The notes: generated by a model not told the origin, from the sequence alone. A stretch of DNA of 64,000 nucleotides from Promethearchaeota archaeon (GCA_019058365.1 JAHPZE010000014.1:46040-110039); one strand, 5' to 3'; positions 40,970 to 51,543 are shown, numbered from the stretch's first letter. Numbers and translations: made by a program.

Positions 40970-42262
40970 CTATATATTCTCTCTAACTTGATTTACATAA
41001 TATACTACTAAGCAGTAGTATAATAACATCAATAATATTAATCCTCCCGCGTTAAAAGGAAAAAATTGATAAGTTAGATAATAAATCCCCCAAAAAATGA
41101 CCATTAATATCGCTATTAAGTAATAAAGATATTTGAATAGTTTATAGTATTTGAAATTTTTATTGATAAGAATAAAAAAAATTAAAAATGGCGTCAAAAC
41201 TACAAGATGATGAGGCCAGGAATCAAAATATACGATTAACATTATTAGAATTCCTAATAAATAACCATTGATTAATTTTATCGGTTGGTTTGAGTGTTGA
41301 ATATAAAAATAATAAATTGGTATTAAGAATATCAAGGTGACAATTATAAAAATCAAAAACCCATTAATATCCACTCTAATTAAATTTATGAAAATTAAAA
41401 CAATTCTAGTAAGACTGAACGATGGATTAATTTCTATACCCCCTTCAGTAGTATAGGTATATTCTCCGGTAAGATTTACAGCAATAAAATCTGTAAACAT
41501 TTGTGGATATATTAAAAAGTAGATTCCTGAGATCAATAACAAAATAGTAGGTCCTAACAATCTTATCATAGTTGTTTTTAAATTAAAGAGTAATTTCTTT
41601 GTTTCCCTATTGTACTTTAAGACTATTAAAAATGGTAAAATTAAAATTAGTGTTGGTCTTATTGATAAACCTAATCCTATTAAGAATCCTCCTATCAGAT
41701 CATTTTTAATGCCCTCTTTCAAAAAAAATAATAGAGAAGAGAGAATGAAAAATGAAACTATAAGGTTAATTTGCCCTAAGAAATAATTCATAAATTGCGG
41801 TAACATTATAAGAAAAATAGCATATTGATGAAGAACAGATTCATTTTCAGCTTTATCAAAGGAATCCTTAAAAGTGTTTAATTTAGAGTAAAAATTTGAA
41901 TCATTACTTACGTTCTTGTAAATTTGAATGATTCTGTACATTAAATAAATTATTAAGATGTTAAGAAAGAAATTGAAAATCTGAAAAACAAAATAACCCA
42001 ATTTTAGTCCTAAAATTGAAAAAGGTGTAAAAAAGTAGGCTGAAATGGGTAAATATCTAAATGGAAATGGGGAAAGCGAAGAGTTATACAAATTAGGTAA
42101 ATTTTCTAACACATTCCAACCAGCGTGATAAAATGATAAATAATCATTTTCATCTATACTCATTAAAGGACTATCTAAAAAATAAAAGAATATGAATGTT
42201 AAGATTAAATAGAATCCATTGACAATACAAGCTATTAAAAAGAATACTCGAGTTTTGTACAT
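40970..42262 (-). CDS. GT87 (DUF2029) family GT-C glycosyltransferase
   Basis: NDYLSFYHAG, PFRYLP, LGQINLI, SWPHH; multi-TM. Confidence 0.75.
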   Translation of the reverse strand: MYKTRVFFLIACIVNGFYLILTFIFFYFLDSPLMSIDENDYLSFYHAGWNVLENLPNLYNSSLSPFPFRYLPISAYFFTPFSILGLKLGYFVFQIFNFFLNILIIYLMYRIIQIYKNVSNDSNFYSKLNTFKDSFDKAENESVLHQYAIFLIMLPQFMNYFLGQINLIVSFFILSSLLFFLKEGIKNDLIGGFLIGLGLSIRPTLILILPFLIVLKYNRETKKLLFNLKTTMIRLLGPTILLLISGIYFLIYPQMFTDFIAVNLTGEYTYTTEGGIEINPSFSLTRIVLIFINLIRVDINGFLIFIIVTLIFLIPIYYFYIQHSNQPIKLINGYLLGILIMLIVYFDSWPHHLVVLTPFLIFFILINKNFKYYKLFKYLYYLIAILMVIFWGIYYLTYQFFPFNAGGLILLMLLYYCLVVYYVNQVRENI

Positions 42263-42304
42263 TAGAAATCTTATCTTTTCTATTCAATAAACAATTTGAA
42301 AGAT

Positions 42305-43672
42305 TTATTCATCCTTACTCAATTTTTTCATGAAGTCTTCCATTTTTTTGACTTTTTCTAGTTTTTTAATTTTTGTATACATCTTTTTAGTGGTTTTTTT
42401 GACAGCTTGTCCTGATTTTTCTCCGATCCGACCAAGCATCACTATTAAATATTCAGGAGAGCCTATTCCTTTAGCATATTCCATCCAAATATACATAAAA
42501 ATTCCTAAAAATCCAATATATGAAAGACTAATAATTAAAAATAATGCTATTCCTAACTGTTGAGAAAAAAGAGGCATAAATATAAAGTGTATTAGAAATA
42601 AACTTAGGGAAACTTTACCGTAATATCTCAACATATTGGTGAAATCGCTCTCTTTCTTTTTAATGTCAATAAGATAAAAGAATAATGCAATAATAGTTAA
42701 AGCAGCTCCTTGATTATAAAACATATTAGCACTTGTCCCTCTTATCAGAAATAAAGGCATTCCTGGAATCTCAAAATAAATTTGATTTTGGGCAATCAGT
42801 AATAATTCTAAATGAGGATATTCAGATAATCCTCCAATCATAGTAAATGGTGTTTGTAATTCAAAACCAAAAGAGGGGAGGGGTACAAATATCCCAATAA
42901 TAATAAAAATAATACCCCAAACTAAAAATATACGGAATAACCCCACATAGGCATCATTTGTTCCTTTATTCATTGCTTCAAAAATATATTCACCAAATAT
43001 TGTAGAAATGAAACAAATAGAAACCCATGGTAATAGAGTAAGATGAGGGGTTGGAGAGGTCACTATATAATGGAAAAAAGTTAATACAAGGTTTCCCGCT
43101 TCCTTTCCTTCATAAAGAATAGCTCTTAAAGCAGGAGAAAAAACTATTATTATTAAACCAATTATTATCCGCCATTTTTTCTTAAGTTTTAAAATATAAA
43201 AAGAAAAGATCTGAGAGAATCCAATAAAAGTAATGATGTTCCAACCAAAAATAACCAAAATAACTTTACCATCTACTATGGCAATTAAATTCGTTAGCAT
43301 ACCTATTACAATCATTACAATTCCTCGAGTAAAAATACGATTTCTGATAATTTTTGGATGAACAATTCCTTCTTTTCTTTTAATACTAAATATAACACTT
43401 AGTGCCGAAAGGAATACGAACAATGAGGGACCAAGAATATCTAATAAAGCATATAAGAGACCGTAAACGTATCTCGAGCTAGGATCAAGCCAGTATTGAG
43501 CGGTATGAGCTAAAATAACAAAAACAATCGCAAAACCCTTAAGAAAATCTATGGATTGAATCCGCCTAGGTGAGGCATAATCTCTTATATCTTCCAAAGG
43601 AATTTCTTGTTTTAGGTAATTGAATAGCGGAGGGGATTCAGTTTCGATTTCTGATATAGCTGGGGAAGACAT
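42305..43672 (-). CDS. HGSNAT/DUF1624-like membrane acyltransferase (paralog of 39524)
   Basis: RIQSIDFLKGFAIVFVILAH; shares LGPSLFVFLSALSV and LYEGKEAGNL with the paralog. Confidence 0.75.
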   Translation of the reverse strand: MSSPAISEIETESPPLFNYLKQEIPLEDIRDYASPRRIQSIDFLKGFAIVFVILAHTAQYWLDPSSRYVYGLLYALLDILGPSLFVFLSALSVIFSIKRKEGIVHPKIIRNRIFTRGIVMIVIGMLTNLIAIVDGKVILVIFGWNIITFIGFSQIFSFYILKLKKKWRIIIGLIIIVFSPALRAILYEGKEAGNLVLTFFHYIVTSPTPHLTLLPWVSICFISTIFGEYIFEAMNKGTNDAYVGLFRIFLVWGIIFIIIGIFVPLPSFGFELQTPFTMIGGLSEYPHLELLLIAQNQIYFEIPGMPLFLIRGTSANMFYNQGAALTIIALFFYLIDIKKKESDFTNMLRYYGKVSLSLFLIHFIFMPLFSQQLGIALFLIISLSYIGFLGIFMYIWMEYAKGIGSPEYLIVMLGRIGEKSGQAVKKTTKKMYTKIKKLEKVKKMEDFMKKLSKDE

Positions 43673-43808
43673 TTTATCTCAAATCATTAATAGTTAATTT
43701 GTTTTTGAAATCTAAAATAAATTAATATTTTCAAAATTTATTTTAATATTATTCTTTTTGAATTTTTATAATTTTTTAATTTTAATGGAAAAACTTATAT
43801 GATTTGTA

Positions 43809-44231
43809 ATGGAACTTAAGAAATATATAAATACTCTGATAATAGGTTTAATTGGTTCAATACTATTAATAATATCTGAATTTTTTTCATGGTTTTCTGA
43901 TTATAACTTACTAGAGATTTATATTATCACCACCTCTGTAGAGCTAGCAGATTCATTTTTATTCTTATTTCCATTACTAAGTGGTATCATTTGTCTAATC
44001 GCAAGTTTTATAGTTATTTATCGAATAGAGTTAAAAGTAAAATCTGTTATATTATCTTTTGTTGGTCTAGGCTTTATGTTAATATTTTTTATTGATTATA
44101 TTTCCCAGGAAATTGAATACTTCTCTAATTCTGGGGCTGGATTCTATTTAGGAATTGCAGGATTTCTTTTAGTTCTTTTTAATATAATTAATGTACTAAT
44201 AGCATTACAAAAACAGACAGAAGGTAATTAA
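43809..44231 (+). CDS. Small 4-TM membrane protein
   Basis: Four hydrophobic segments; GAGFYLG. Confidence 0.65.
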   Translation: MELKKYINTLIIGLIGSILLIISEFFSWFSDYNLLEIYIITTSVELADSFLFLFPLLSGIICLIASFIVIYRIELKVKSVILSFVGLGFMLIFFIDYISQEIEYFSNSGAGFYLGIAGFLLVLFNIINVLIALQKQTEGN

Positions 44232-44233
44232 CT

Positions 44234-45124
44234 ATTTCTAGAAACCTAAATAATAATGAGGATGATTCCAAGGACCAAGATGCCGAATCAAGTTATTATT
44301 ATGCTCTAGGTCATGAAATTCGAAGAAGAATAATAAAAATCATCGGGGATAATGAATATACAACTTTTACTTACCTTAAAAAAGAACTTAGTGTGAGTAC
44401 GGGAACTATATATCATCATTTAGACACTTTAGCACAATTAGTGGAACAAAAACAAGATAAAAAATATTATTTGAAAGAATTAGGAATATATGCATATAAA
44501 TCTTTAAAAAATAACATAGATACTATTAAATCACCTGATTTTACTCATAGGGAGTTTAAATCACCTATTTTACGCAAATTGACTTGGATCTCATTAAAAA
44601 GATTTATCCAGTATGAAAAGAAAGATAAAAAATTCACTATCATAATTTCTTTGGGAATCCTAACTATAGGCACAATTTTATGCGGATTAAATGGCTTTTA
44701 TTCATTCTTTTTATTTTTTATAGAAAGTAACCATTATAATTTAGATTTATTTTTACGTATTTTAATTAATCTTAGCTTTATACTAAACCTCGTTATATTT
44801 TTTATTATTATAGAAGGAATAACTCGACTATTTTACAAAAATAGTCAAAATACATTGAACTTCTTAATCTCTTTCGCATTTATTCAATTTCCAATGATAT
44901 TTTATCTTATAGTTCATTTGATTTTCAAATGGTCTGATCTACTATATATTAGTATATTTAATTTATTTGATAAAGTACTATTAATAATTTTCCAAGTCTG
45001 GTCTTTATGGTTATTATCTTATAGTTTATGTGTAAAAAAAGGATTAAAAATTGAAAGTAGTTTAATAATTTCGCTATTAATTCATTATAGTGGTTTTACA
45101 ATAATTTTATTTTTCTTGGTATAG
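44234..45124 (+). CDS. ArsR-type winged-helix regulator fused to a multi-TM domain; probable ATT start at 44234
   Basis: Frame upstream of GTG 44393 encodes YYALGHEIRRRIIKIIG...FTYLKKELSVSTGTIYHHLDTL, the full ArsR HTH; C-terminal TM helices. Confidence 0.7.
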   Translation: MSRNLNNNEDDSKDQDAESSYYYALGHEIRRRIIKIIGDNEYTTFTYLKKELSVSTGTIYHHLDTLAQLVEQKQDKKYYLKELGIYAYKSLKNNIDTIKSPDFTHREFKSPILRKLTWISLKRFIQYEKKDKKFTIIISLGILTIGTILCGLNGFYSFFLFFIESNHYNLDLFLRILINLSFILNLVIFFIIIEGITRLFYKNSQNTLNFLISFAFIQFPMIFYLIVHLIFKWSDLLYISIFNLFDKVLLIIFQVWSLWLLSYSLCVKKGLKIESSLIISLLIHYSGFTIILFFLV

Positions 45125-46409
45125 AAATATTGAAGTTTAGATTTTTCATAGATTGAATTATCTCATTCACTCTAATCTTTGAAGAGACTAAATCTTTTGT
45201 CTTTGTTGCAATAAAGCATGAGAAATATTTTGAGTTATCAAGTGAAATGGGAGGTGTTACAAATTCAGGGATCAATTTTATAAATTTAGGCATTAACTCT
45301 TCATAAAATTCTTCCCCATTTTCAAAGTTACCATATAAAAAATCAAGACGGGTGTAATTAGAATAATACTGCAAATTTATTTCAGGATTATTTAGATTAT
45401 TTAATCTAGAATTTAAAATTAATTCTGCACAATTCATATTTATAATATTTCTTAATCCTATATATGATGTAGTTAACCTAGGATTAATTTCTATAAAACT
45501 GAATGAATGATCATGTTTCTGTATAAAATCAATACCGAAATATCCTTCGATTTTTAGAAGATTTATCTTTTTCAATATATTGAATAATTGTTTAGTGATT
45601 TCCTTATGATTTACTAAAGGTGTATATCCACCAAAATATTCGGATTTGATATTCTTGATATTAATATCTTGTGAATTAATACTCAAAACTATTGGAGTCG
45701 TATTTAAATTTTGGTTACCAATCAATGAAATACTTAAATCCTCTCCTTCAATAAACTCTTGAAGTATAAAATAACTGGTTTTAATTGAATTTAACTTATA
45801 GTCTCTGAGGAAATTCAATATTTGAGATTCTTTTTCAAAATAATGAATTGATTCCGCTCCAACACCATCTTCGGGTTTTATCACAATAGGGCATTTTAAT
45901 GTCCTAAATTTTTGAAGAATGAATTCTTTATCCAATTGTTTCTTTATATAGGGTATTCTGTAAGTTTTTGGAGTTAAAATCCTACTCTTTTTAAAAAGAT
46001 TATAAGTCATTAGTTTTGAAGTGCAATTCTTAATTGCATAGAGATTTGTACTTAATATGATTTTATTGTAATTTTTAACGAGTTTAGTTAATTCATAAAG
46101 AATTTTTGATGTTTCTGGAGCAATGATAAAAACGTATTTACAAATTTTTACTGAATTCTTAAAAGCCTTTAGATAATTTTCATGTTCATCTATTTTTCTT
46201 ATAACATCAGCTTGTAAGAATTTCGATAAGAAAAAGATTCTAAAATCCAGTATTGTATGAATTTCAAACCCCAAAGCTTTAAAATCAGCAATAATAGATC
46301 TTAACATACCAAATCCTTCGCAAAAAAGGGAGGTTGGTATATTAACTTGACTAAACCCCCCACCAGAGACGAATTCAAATATAAAAATTAAATCTTTGCT
46401 CATTATCAA
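45096..46409 (-). CDS. ATP-grasp ligase, tyramine--L-glutamate ligase (MfnD)-like
   Basis: FEFVSGG, EGFGML, IIAPE, KPEDGVG, QEFIEG, GYFGID, EINPRLTTSY. Confidence 0.75.
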   Translation of the reverse strand: MIMSKDLIFIFEFVSGGGFSQVNIPTSLFCEGFGMLRSIIADFKALGFEIHTILDFRIFFLSKFLQADVIRKIDEHENYLKAFKNSVKICKYVFIIAPETSKILYELTKLVKNYNKIILSTNLYAIKNCTSKLMTYNLFKKSRILTPKTYRIPYIKKQLDKEFILQKFRTLKCPIVIKPEDGVGAESIHYFEKESQILNFLRDYKLNSIKTSYFILQEFIEGEDLSISLIGNQNLNTTPIVLSINSQDINIKNIKSEYFGGYTPLVNHKEITKQLFNILKKINLLKIEGYFGIDFIQKHDHSFSFIEINPRLTTSYIGLRNIINMNCAELILNSRLNNLNNPEINLQYYSNYTRLDFLYGNFENGEEFYEELMPKFIKLIPEFVTPPISLDNSKYFSCFIATKTKDLVSSKIRVNEIIQSMKNLNFNISIPRKIKLL

Positions 46410-46536
46410 AACAAAATCAAATCATTCAGGTTTTTATAGAATTGTCGAACATAAAAATGTTTTTATAGATTAATTTTAAAATGATGAATAAATTATCTTA
46501 TTTAACTCAAATCTATTAAAAATTACTGATTCTGAT

Positions 46537-47766
46537 ATGTTATTTGACGAAGAAACTATGAGAAGGATTAGGTATCTACACTTCTCTATAAAAAAAATTG
46601 AGAATGCCTTAGAAAAAGAAGATGAAAGTTTTACTTTAGATGATCTAAATCTTATATTAGAATATACTAAGATTTTAAATATAAATTATGGAACTGAAAA
46701 CCACAAAGAGATATTAAAAGACTTAGATATCACTCCAATCTTTAATGATGCTATGAGTAATAAAGAAATTGAAATTCAAGATGTAATGTTTGAATGTGCC
46801 CGTGCTTTATGGGTTATGGGTAAAGCTTATTCCCAATTAGCTGAAAAATATGAAGAGGAAGAAGAATGGGAAAATGCAATTATAGCAATGACAGAATGCA
46901 GCAAAATTTATAAAACAGCTGCATACTTTAGCGCTGCTGTTGTACATCAAAAAGAAAAGGGAGTAACTATCACTTCAGAAAACCTCGAGTTAAATTCTGA
47001 AGAATCAAGAATTCTCGCTCAGAGTATTGCTGCTTTACGGGAAGAAAACAATAATAACATTTACTTTTCTTCTAAATTATACGCGGGTCTCAGTTTATTA
47101 TCAAAAAGATTGTTTTATCTTAAAAAGCATGAAGAGAAAAAGAAACAACAAATCAGAGCCCAATTTCATTATGATATGGGAAAAGCATGCTTTCTTAAAG
47201 CACGAGCTTCATTAGAATCCTCAATAACAACTATTAATCAAGAAAAAGTTCTAAGATTACAACAAAAAGCAAGATGGTATTATTTAAAAGCAAAGGATAT
47301 TTGGGAAGAAATGTTAAATAAACTCTCACTTTCAATTGAGGAAAAAGAAAATATTGAATTAAATTTATCTATAGTAGAAGATAATTTAAAAGAAATCGAA
47401 GTTGAAAAACTTGATTATGAAGAAATAAAAAAAATACAAGATCCTGAACCAATTATTATTATTCCAGAGAATCTGGCTCCGTTTGTACCGAAAAGTATTA
47501 TTTATTTAACAAAATTTGTACCTAAAGACCTAAATGTTAAACGATTTAAGTCATATCAACGAAAGAAATTAGAGGATAAAATTCCTTATAGCAAAAAAGA
47601 AAAGTTAATCGATAAGAAGGCTGGAGTCGTAAGAACAATCAATGAATTAAAACTTTTAAAGGAGAATAATGAGATAGAAATTGAAAAATACGCTGAACTT
47701 ATGGAAAGATATTCTACCAAGCTAAAAATGATCGATTCAGCTATAGAAAAAATAGCTAAAAAATAG
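46537..47766 (+). CDS. Hypothetical alpha-helical (TPR-like) protein
   Basis: 409-aa helical ORF with A/Y-rich repeat-like helices. Confidence 0.6.
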   Translation: MLFDEETMRRIRYLHFSIKKIENALEKEDESFTLDDLNLILEYTKILNINYGTENHKEILKDLDITPIFNDAMSNKEIEIQDVMFECARALWVMGKAYSQLAEKYEEEEEWENAIIAMTECSKIYKTAAYFSAAVVHQKEKGVTITSENLELNSEESRILAQSIAALREENNNNIYFSSKLYAGLSLLSKRLFYLKKHEEKKKQQIRAQFHYDMGKACFLKARASLESSITTINQEKVLRLQQKARWYYLKAKDIWEEMLNKLSLSIEEKENIELNLSIVEDNLKEIEVEKLDYEEIKKIQDPEPIIIIPENLAPFVPKSIIYLTKFVPKDLNVKRFKSYQRKKLEDKIPYSKKEKLIDKKAGVVRTINELKLLKENNEIEIEKYAELMERYSTKLKMIDSAIEKIAKK

Positions 47767-47782
47767 AACAACTAAAATTTAA

Positions 47783-48268
47783 TTATAATAGTTTATTCTT
47801 CTTGCCCAAATAATGGTTTTTTTTTCTTTCAAAGTATTTTTTACGATCAGCTTCTATCTCATAATCTCTTTGAGATTCTTCTAGAAATAGTAGATCATAA
47901 ACTTCTTTTAATACTAATCCAATTATCATTGTTTCCATTAGAAAGATGAGAGAGACCATTATAATTTCTATGTTGTGTAAATTTCTGAAAAAAAGAGATG
48001 CAAATAAACCAGCATGAGGAATATACAATAATGTTACAACTCCAATATTCTTTCCAAATTTAATAATATTTTTTTTTTCTAATTTGAAAATCTTTTCCAA
48101 TCTTAAAACGTTCCATAAATAATATAAAGAAAACAAAATATTTATTGAACATAAAATAATAATTAAATCTCTTTCTTGGAATTCTAAATTAATATAAGGT
48201 TTTAATACAATTGACCCAATCATAAAAGTTAAAGAAAAAAAAAATAATATCAATGATAGTGATAACAA
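47783..48268 (-). CDS. Small membrane protein
   Basis: Four hydrophobic segments. Confidence 0.6.
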   Translation of the reverse strand: MLSLSLILFFFSLTFMIGSIVLKPYINLEFQERDLIIILCSINILFSLYYLWNVLRLEKIFKLEKKNIIKFGKNIGVVTLLYIPHAGLFASLFFRNLHNIEIIMVSLIFLMETMIIGLVLKEVYDLLFLEESQRDYEIEADRKKYFERKKNHYLGKKNKLL

Positions 48269-48377
48269 GCCATCATGAAAATCTTTATAATCTAAGTTTG
48301 TAACACCCTACTTTATAAATTTTTAAAATTAAAATTTTCTTAAAGAAAGAAATTAACAATTATTAATTGATTTTACC

Positions 48378-48566
48378 TTGAAGAATGAGACATCTATGAG
48401 CTTTTTAACATGGGAAGAAATTGAAATGCTTAAAGAAATACATCCAATTAAAAAAAGATTTAGATTTTTATTTCTAATTGTTGGAATTTTTATAATTTTC
48501 GTAGGACTATTATTAATTTTAATTGGATTAGATTTTGGAATAACTATTTCAAGCGATATGGTATAA
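48378..48566 (+). CDS. Short membrane protein or gene fragment
   Basis: 62-aa ORF with one TM helix. Confidence 0.35.
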   Translation: MKNETSMSFLTWEEIEMLKEIHPIKKRFRFLFLIVGIFIIFVGLLLILIGLDFGITISSDMV

Positions 48567-48702
48567 TAATAACCATCTTGTTCCAAAATTATGTTGGATA
48601 ATGTTAATCTTACCATTTATTGTATTTCAGCTTATGACAGGGATTCCAGTTTAATATTTGTAAATATTTGCTATTTTTATTTTAAGCAATCTTCTTATAA
48701 TT

Positions 48703-48966
48703 ATGTCTGAACAAAATTCAATTCTTTTATATATTAAAAATATGCTTTCAGATCTAATTTACATCAATGGTATAATTGCAACTGAGTTAATCAAAGTAAC
48801 AGAAAACACTGCAATTATAAGACACGGTGAGAGATTTTTAGATAAATCAAGTTGTCTCACTGAACATCATGAATTAGAAAAATCAATAATTGAAATTTTA
48901 AGAAAATATCAAAAAAAGCCATCTGATTTAGAAGGATTAGAAAAACATGTATTAAAACATTTATAG
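48703..48966 (+). CDS. Small hypothetical protein
   Basis: 87-aa ATG ORF. Confidence 0.6.
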   Translation: MSEQNSILLYIKNMLSDLIYINGIIATELIKVTENTAIIRHGERFLDKSSCLTEHHELEKSIIEILRKYQKKPSDLEGLEKHVLKHL

Positions 48967-48985
48967 GATTTCTAATGATTATAAA

Positions 48986-49184
48986 ATGCCTAAAACCTTT
49001 GACAAATTTGCTAAAAGACTCCAAAAAGAAATATCAAGGTAAATCAATTGAATTTGCTTAGTATTTAAGACCTGAAGATATAATTTCTGCATTAGAGGGA
49101 ATACCTCTTGGTGAAAAATATTTTATTGATTTAGTAATTGGCACTCTGAAAAATGTAATTAAAAAATATAAAGTTGAAAAATAA
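48986..49184 (+). pseudogene. Degraded IscU/NifU-like Fe-S scaffold gene
   Basis: MPKTFDKFAKRLQKEI, then a frame change to QGKSIEFA*YLRPEDIISALEGIPLGEKYFIDLVIGTLKNVIKKYK; the central Cys-containing part is missing. Confidence 0.6.
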
Positions 49185-49193
49185 TTTCAGTTA

Positions 49194-49919
49194 ATGATGA
49201 TAGATCTAAAGATTGAAAATATTGATATCCCTTTAAAGCCAGATAACATTCAACTGAAGGGATCAATTTACTATACTTCAAATACTCCTTCAAAAGCTCC
49301 ATGGATAATCATCTTAGCAGGATTTTTAGCGCATCGAGGAAGTAAATTTGTATTAAATTTTTGCGAAAGATTTGCGAACGCAGGCTATTTTGCTATCTCT
49401 TACGATTATCGAGGTCATGGAGAAACCAAAAAAGAAACTGGTAGTTTTGACTTTATTAAAACAACTCCAAAAATTTTTTCAGATATTCATGATGTAATAA
49501 GTTGGATAATAGAAACTCAATCAAAAAGACTTTTGGATAATAAAATTGTGTTATTTGGAAGAAGTTATGGTGGAGCAATAATATTAACTCATGGCTTTAT
49601 AGATCAGAGAGTAAAAATCTTAATAGCTCTTTGTACTAGATACGATTATACTACAGTTCAATTAAAAATACCAAATGATCTTGTAAAACAAGTAAGTCCT
49701 AAACATTTTATTTGTAAAGATCCTTTAAATAATGAGAGAATTCTTTTAGCACATTGTAAGGATGATGCTAGAATTCCATTTGAGAACGTGCTTCAAATTA
49801 AAGAACATCTGGGTTTAAAAAGTGAGAATGTATTAATATATGAAAATGGCGGTCATTCGTTTGAGGGGCATCGAGATCAGTTATTCGAACAAGTAAAGGA
49901 ATTCTTGAAAAAATTATAA
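49194..49919 (+). CDS. Alpha/beta-fold hydrolase
   Basis: DYRGHGET, GRSYGG nucleophile elbow, DDARIP, GGHSF. Confidence 0.88.
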   Translation: MMIDLKIENIDIPLKPDNIQLKGSIYYTSNTPSKAPWIIILAGFLAHRGSKFVLNFCERFANAGYFAISYDYRGHGETKKETGSFDFIKTTPKIFSDIHDVISWIIETQSKRLLDNKIVLFGRSYGGAIILTHGFIDQRVKILIALCTRYDYTTVQLKIPNDLVKQVSPKHFICKDPLNNERILLAHCKDDARIPFENVLQIKEHLGLKSENVLIYENGGHSFEGHRDQLFEQVKEFLKKL

Positions 49920-49970
49920 GAAAAGAAATTATAAATAAAATATCAACTATCATAATAATGGGAGAGATTT

Positions 49971-50873
49971 ATGGAAAAAATATTAATTGCTGGACCAGCA
50001 TCACAAATCCTTGGTGTAAAGATAGCACAAGAATTAGGTATTGAATCAATAAACACAGAAGGAAAAACTTTCCCAGATGGAGAAAACTATATAAGAATTA
50101 ATATTGAAGACGAAACTCTCATTGCTGGGAAAGAAGTAATAATTGTACAATCAACAGGTCCTAGTGCTAGCGCTAATCAAAATGCTAGATTAATGGAACT
50201 TTTTATGATGATTGATTCTGTGAAACGTATGGGTGCCTTAAAAATCATTGTTGTTGCTCCTTACTTAGCTTATGCTCGTCAAGATAAAATATTTAGACCG
50301 GGAGAAAGTCAATTTGGAAATGCAATTTTTAATATAATCAATAATTTTGGAATTAATGAATTTTATGCTGTTGATGTACATGCTCCTATAATATTAAATG
50401 AGTGCTCCTGTAAAGCAATTAATATAGATTCTATGAAATTATTAGCAGATTATATTAAATCACTCGGTGCGAAGGATATTGTAGTAGTTGCTCCAGATAA
50501 AGGCGCTATAGAAAGATCAAGTGCTTTTGCGAATTATTTTGGTGAAAATGTTCCTGTAGAAGTATTTGAAAAAGAACGAGATGTCAAAACTGGAGAAATA
50601 AAAATGAGTGGTAGTTTGAATCTTAATGATAAAGATGTCGTTATTGCTGATGATATTATTGCTACAGGTGGTACGATGGCAACTGCAATAAAGTTAGCAA
50701 AAGCAAATGGTGCTAGAAAAGTTTTCGCAGTAGCCACACATGCTCTATTACTACAGCAAGCTAAATATAGGATTTTAAAAGCAGGAGTAGATGAAATTAT
50801 TGGTACAGATTCAATTGACAATGAAGTCTGTAGGGTTTCACTAGCAAAAATTATTGCTGATTACTTAAAATAA
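49971..50873 (+). CDS. prs: Ribose-phosphate pyrophosphokinase
   Basis: FPDGE, PYLAYARQDK, APDKGA, DDIIATGGT. Confidence 0.95.
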   Translation: MEKILIAGPASQILGVKIAQELGIESINTEGKTFPDGENYIRINIEDETLIAGKEVIIVQSTGPSASANQNARLMELFMMIDSVKRMGALKIIVVAPYLAYARQDKIFRPGESQFGNAIFNIINNFGINEFYAVDVHAPIILNECSCKAINIDSMKLLADYIKSLGAKDIVVVAPDKGAIERSSAFANYFGENVPVEVFEKERDVKTGEIKMSGSLNLNDKDVVIADDIIATGGTMATAIKLAKANGARKVFAVATHALLLQQAKYRILKAGVDEIIGTDSIDNEVCRVSLAKIIADYLK

Positions 50874-50887
50874 GAGGATCGTACTTA

Positions 50888-51436
50888 TTAGTAGTTATTA
50901 ATAATGTCTATGACTACTTTTCTTGTATTATTTTTTAAATCTTTTATAGTAGAATTATTTTGGATTACATAATCAGCATTTTCTAAAACTTTATCTAACC
51001 CAAATTCAATTTCTCTTTTATCTCTTTCATTTAATTCTTCAAAGCTTTTAGGGTCATCACTACGATTTCTTTCAAAAAGTCTATTAAATCTTACTTTTTC
51101 ATTAATAACTATAGCGATAATTGGGAATTTCCAAAATTTTCTAAAAATGCTAATTTCTGAAAGAGATCTAATTCCATCTATAAAAATTACGTCTTTATTT
51201 TTACTTTTTATTAAATCTACACATTTCTCAGCGATCACTGCAGGTCCCCCTTCTTCACGTAACTTTTTAGCTATTTTGCCGATGTTAACTCCAGAGGGTT
51301 CTAAATTCCTTTTTTTGACTTCATTTCGAACAACATCGCCCATTGTTATGACGACCCCCAAATCCTCTATCGCCTCTATCGCAGTTGTTTTGCCTGAACC
51401 CGGAAGACCGCAAATTGCTATTACTTTCATAAACAC
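50888..51436 (-). CDS. P-loop kinase, UPF0200/CoaE-like
   Basis: GLPGSGKT, MGDVVR, IDGIRS, RSDD, RDKRE. Confidence 0.8.
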   Translation of the reverse strand: MFMKVIAICGLPGSGKTTAIEAIEDLGVVITMGDVVRNEVKKRNLEPSGVNIGKIAKKLREEGGPAVIAEKCVDLIKSKNKDVIFIDGIRSLSEISIFRKFWKFPIIAIVINEKVRFNRLFERNRSDDPKSFEELNERDKREIEFGLDKVLENADYVIQNNSTIKDLKNNTRKVVIDIINNY

Positions 51437-51543
51437 AAATTTTACTAATATAATTTAAATATTTAGACTTTGTTTAAATTCTATATAGAATAAGAAATTA
51501 AATTTTTAAAGGATAACATAATAAAGTATTAACAGCAGAAGTT

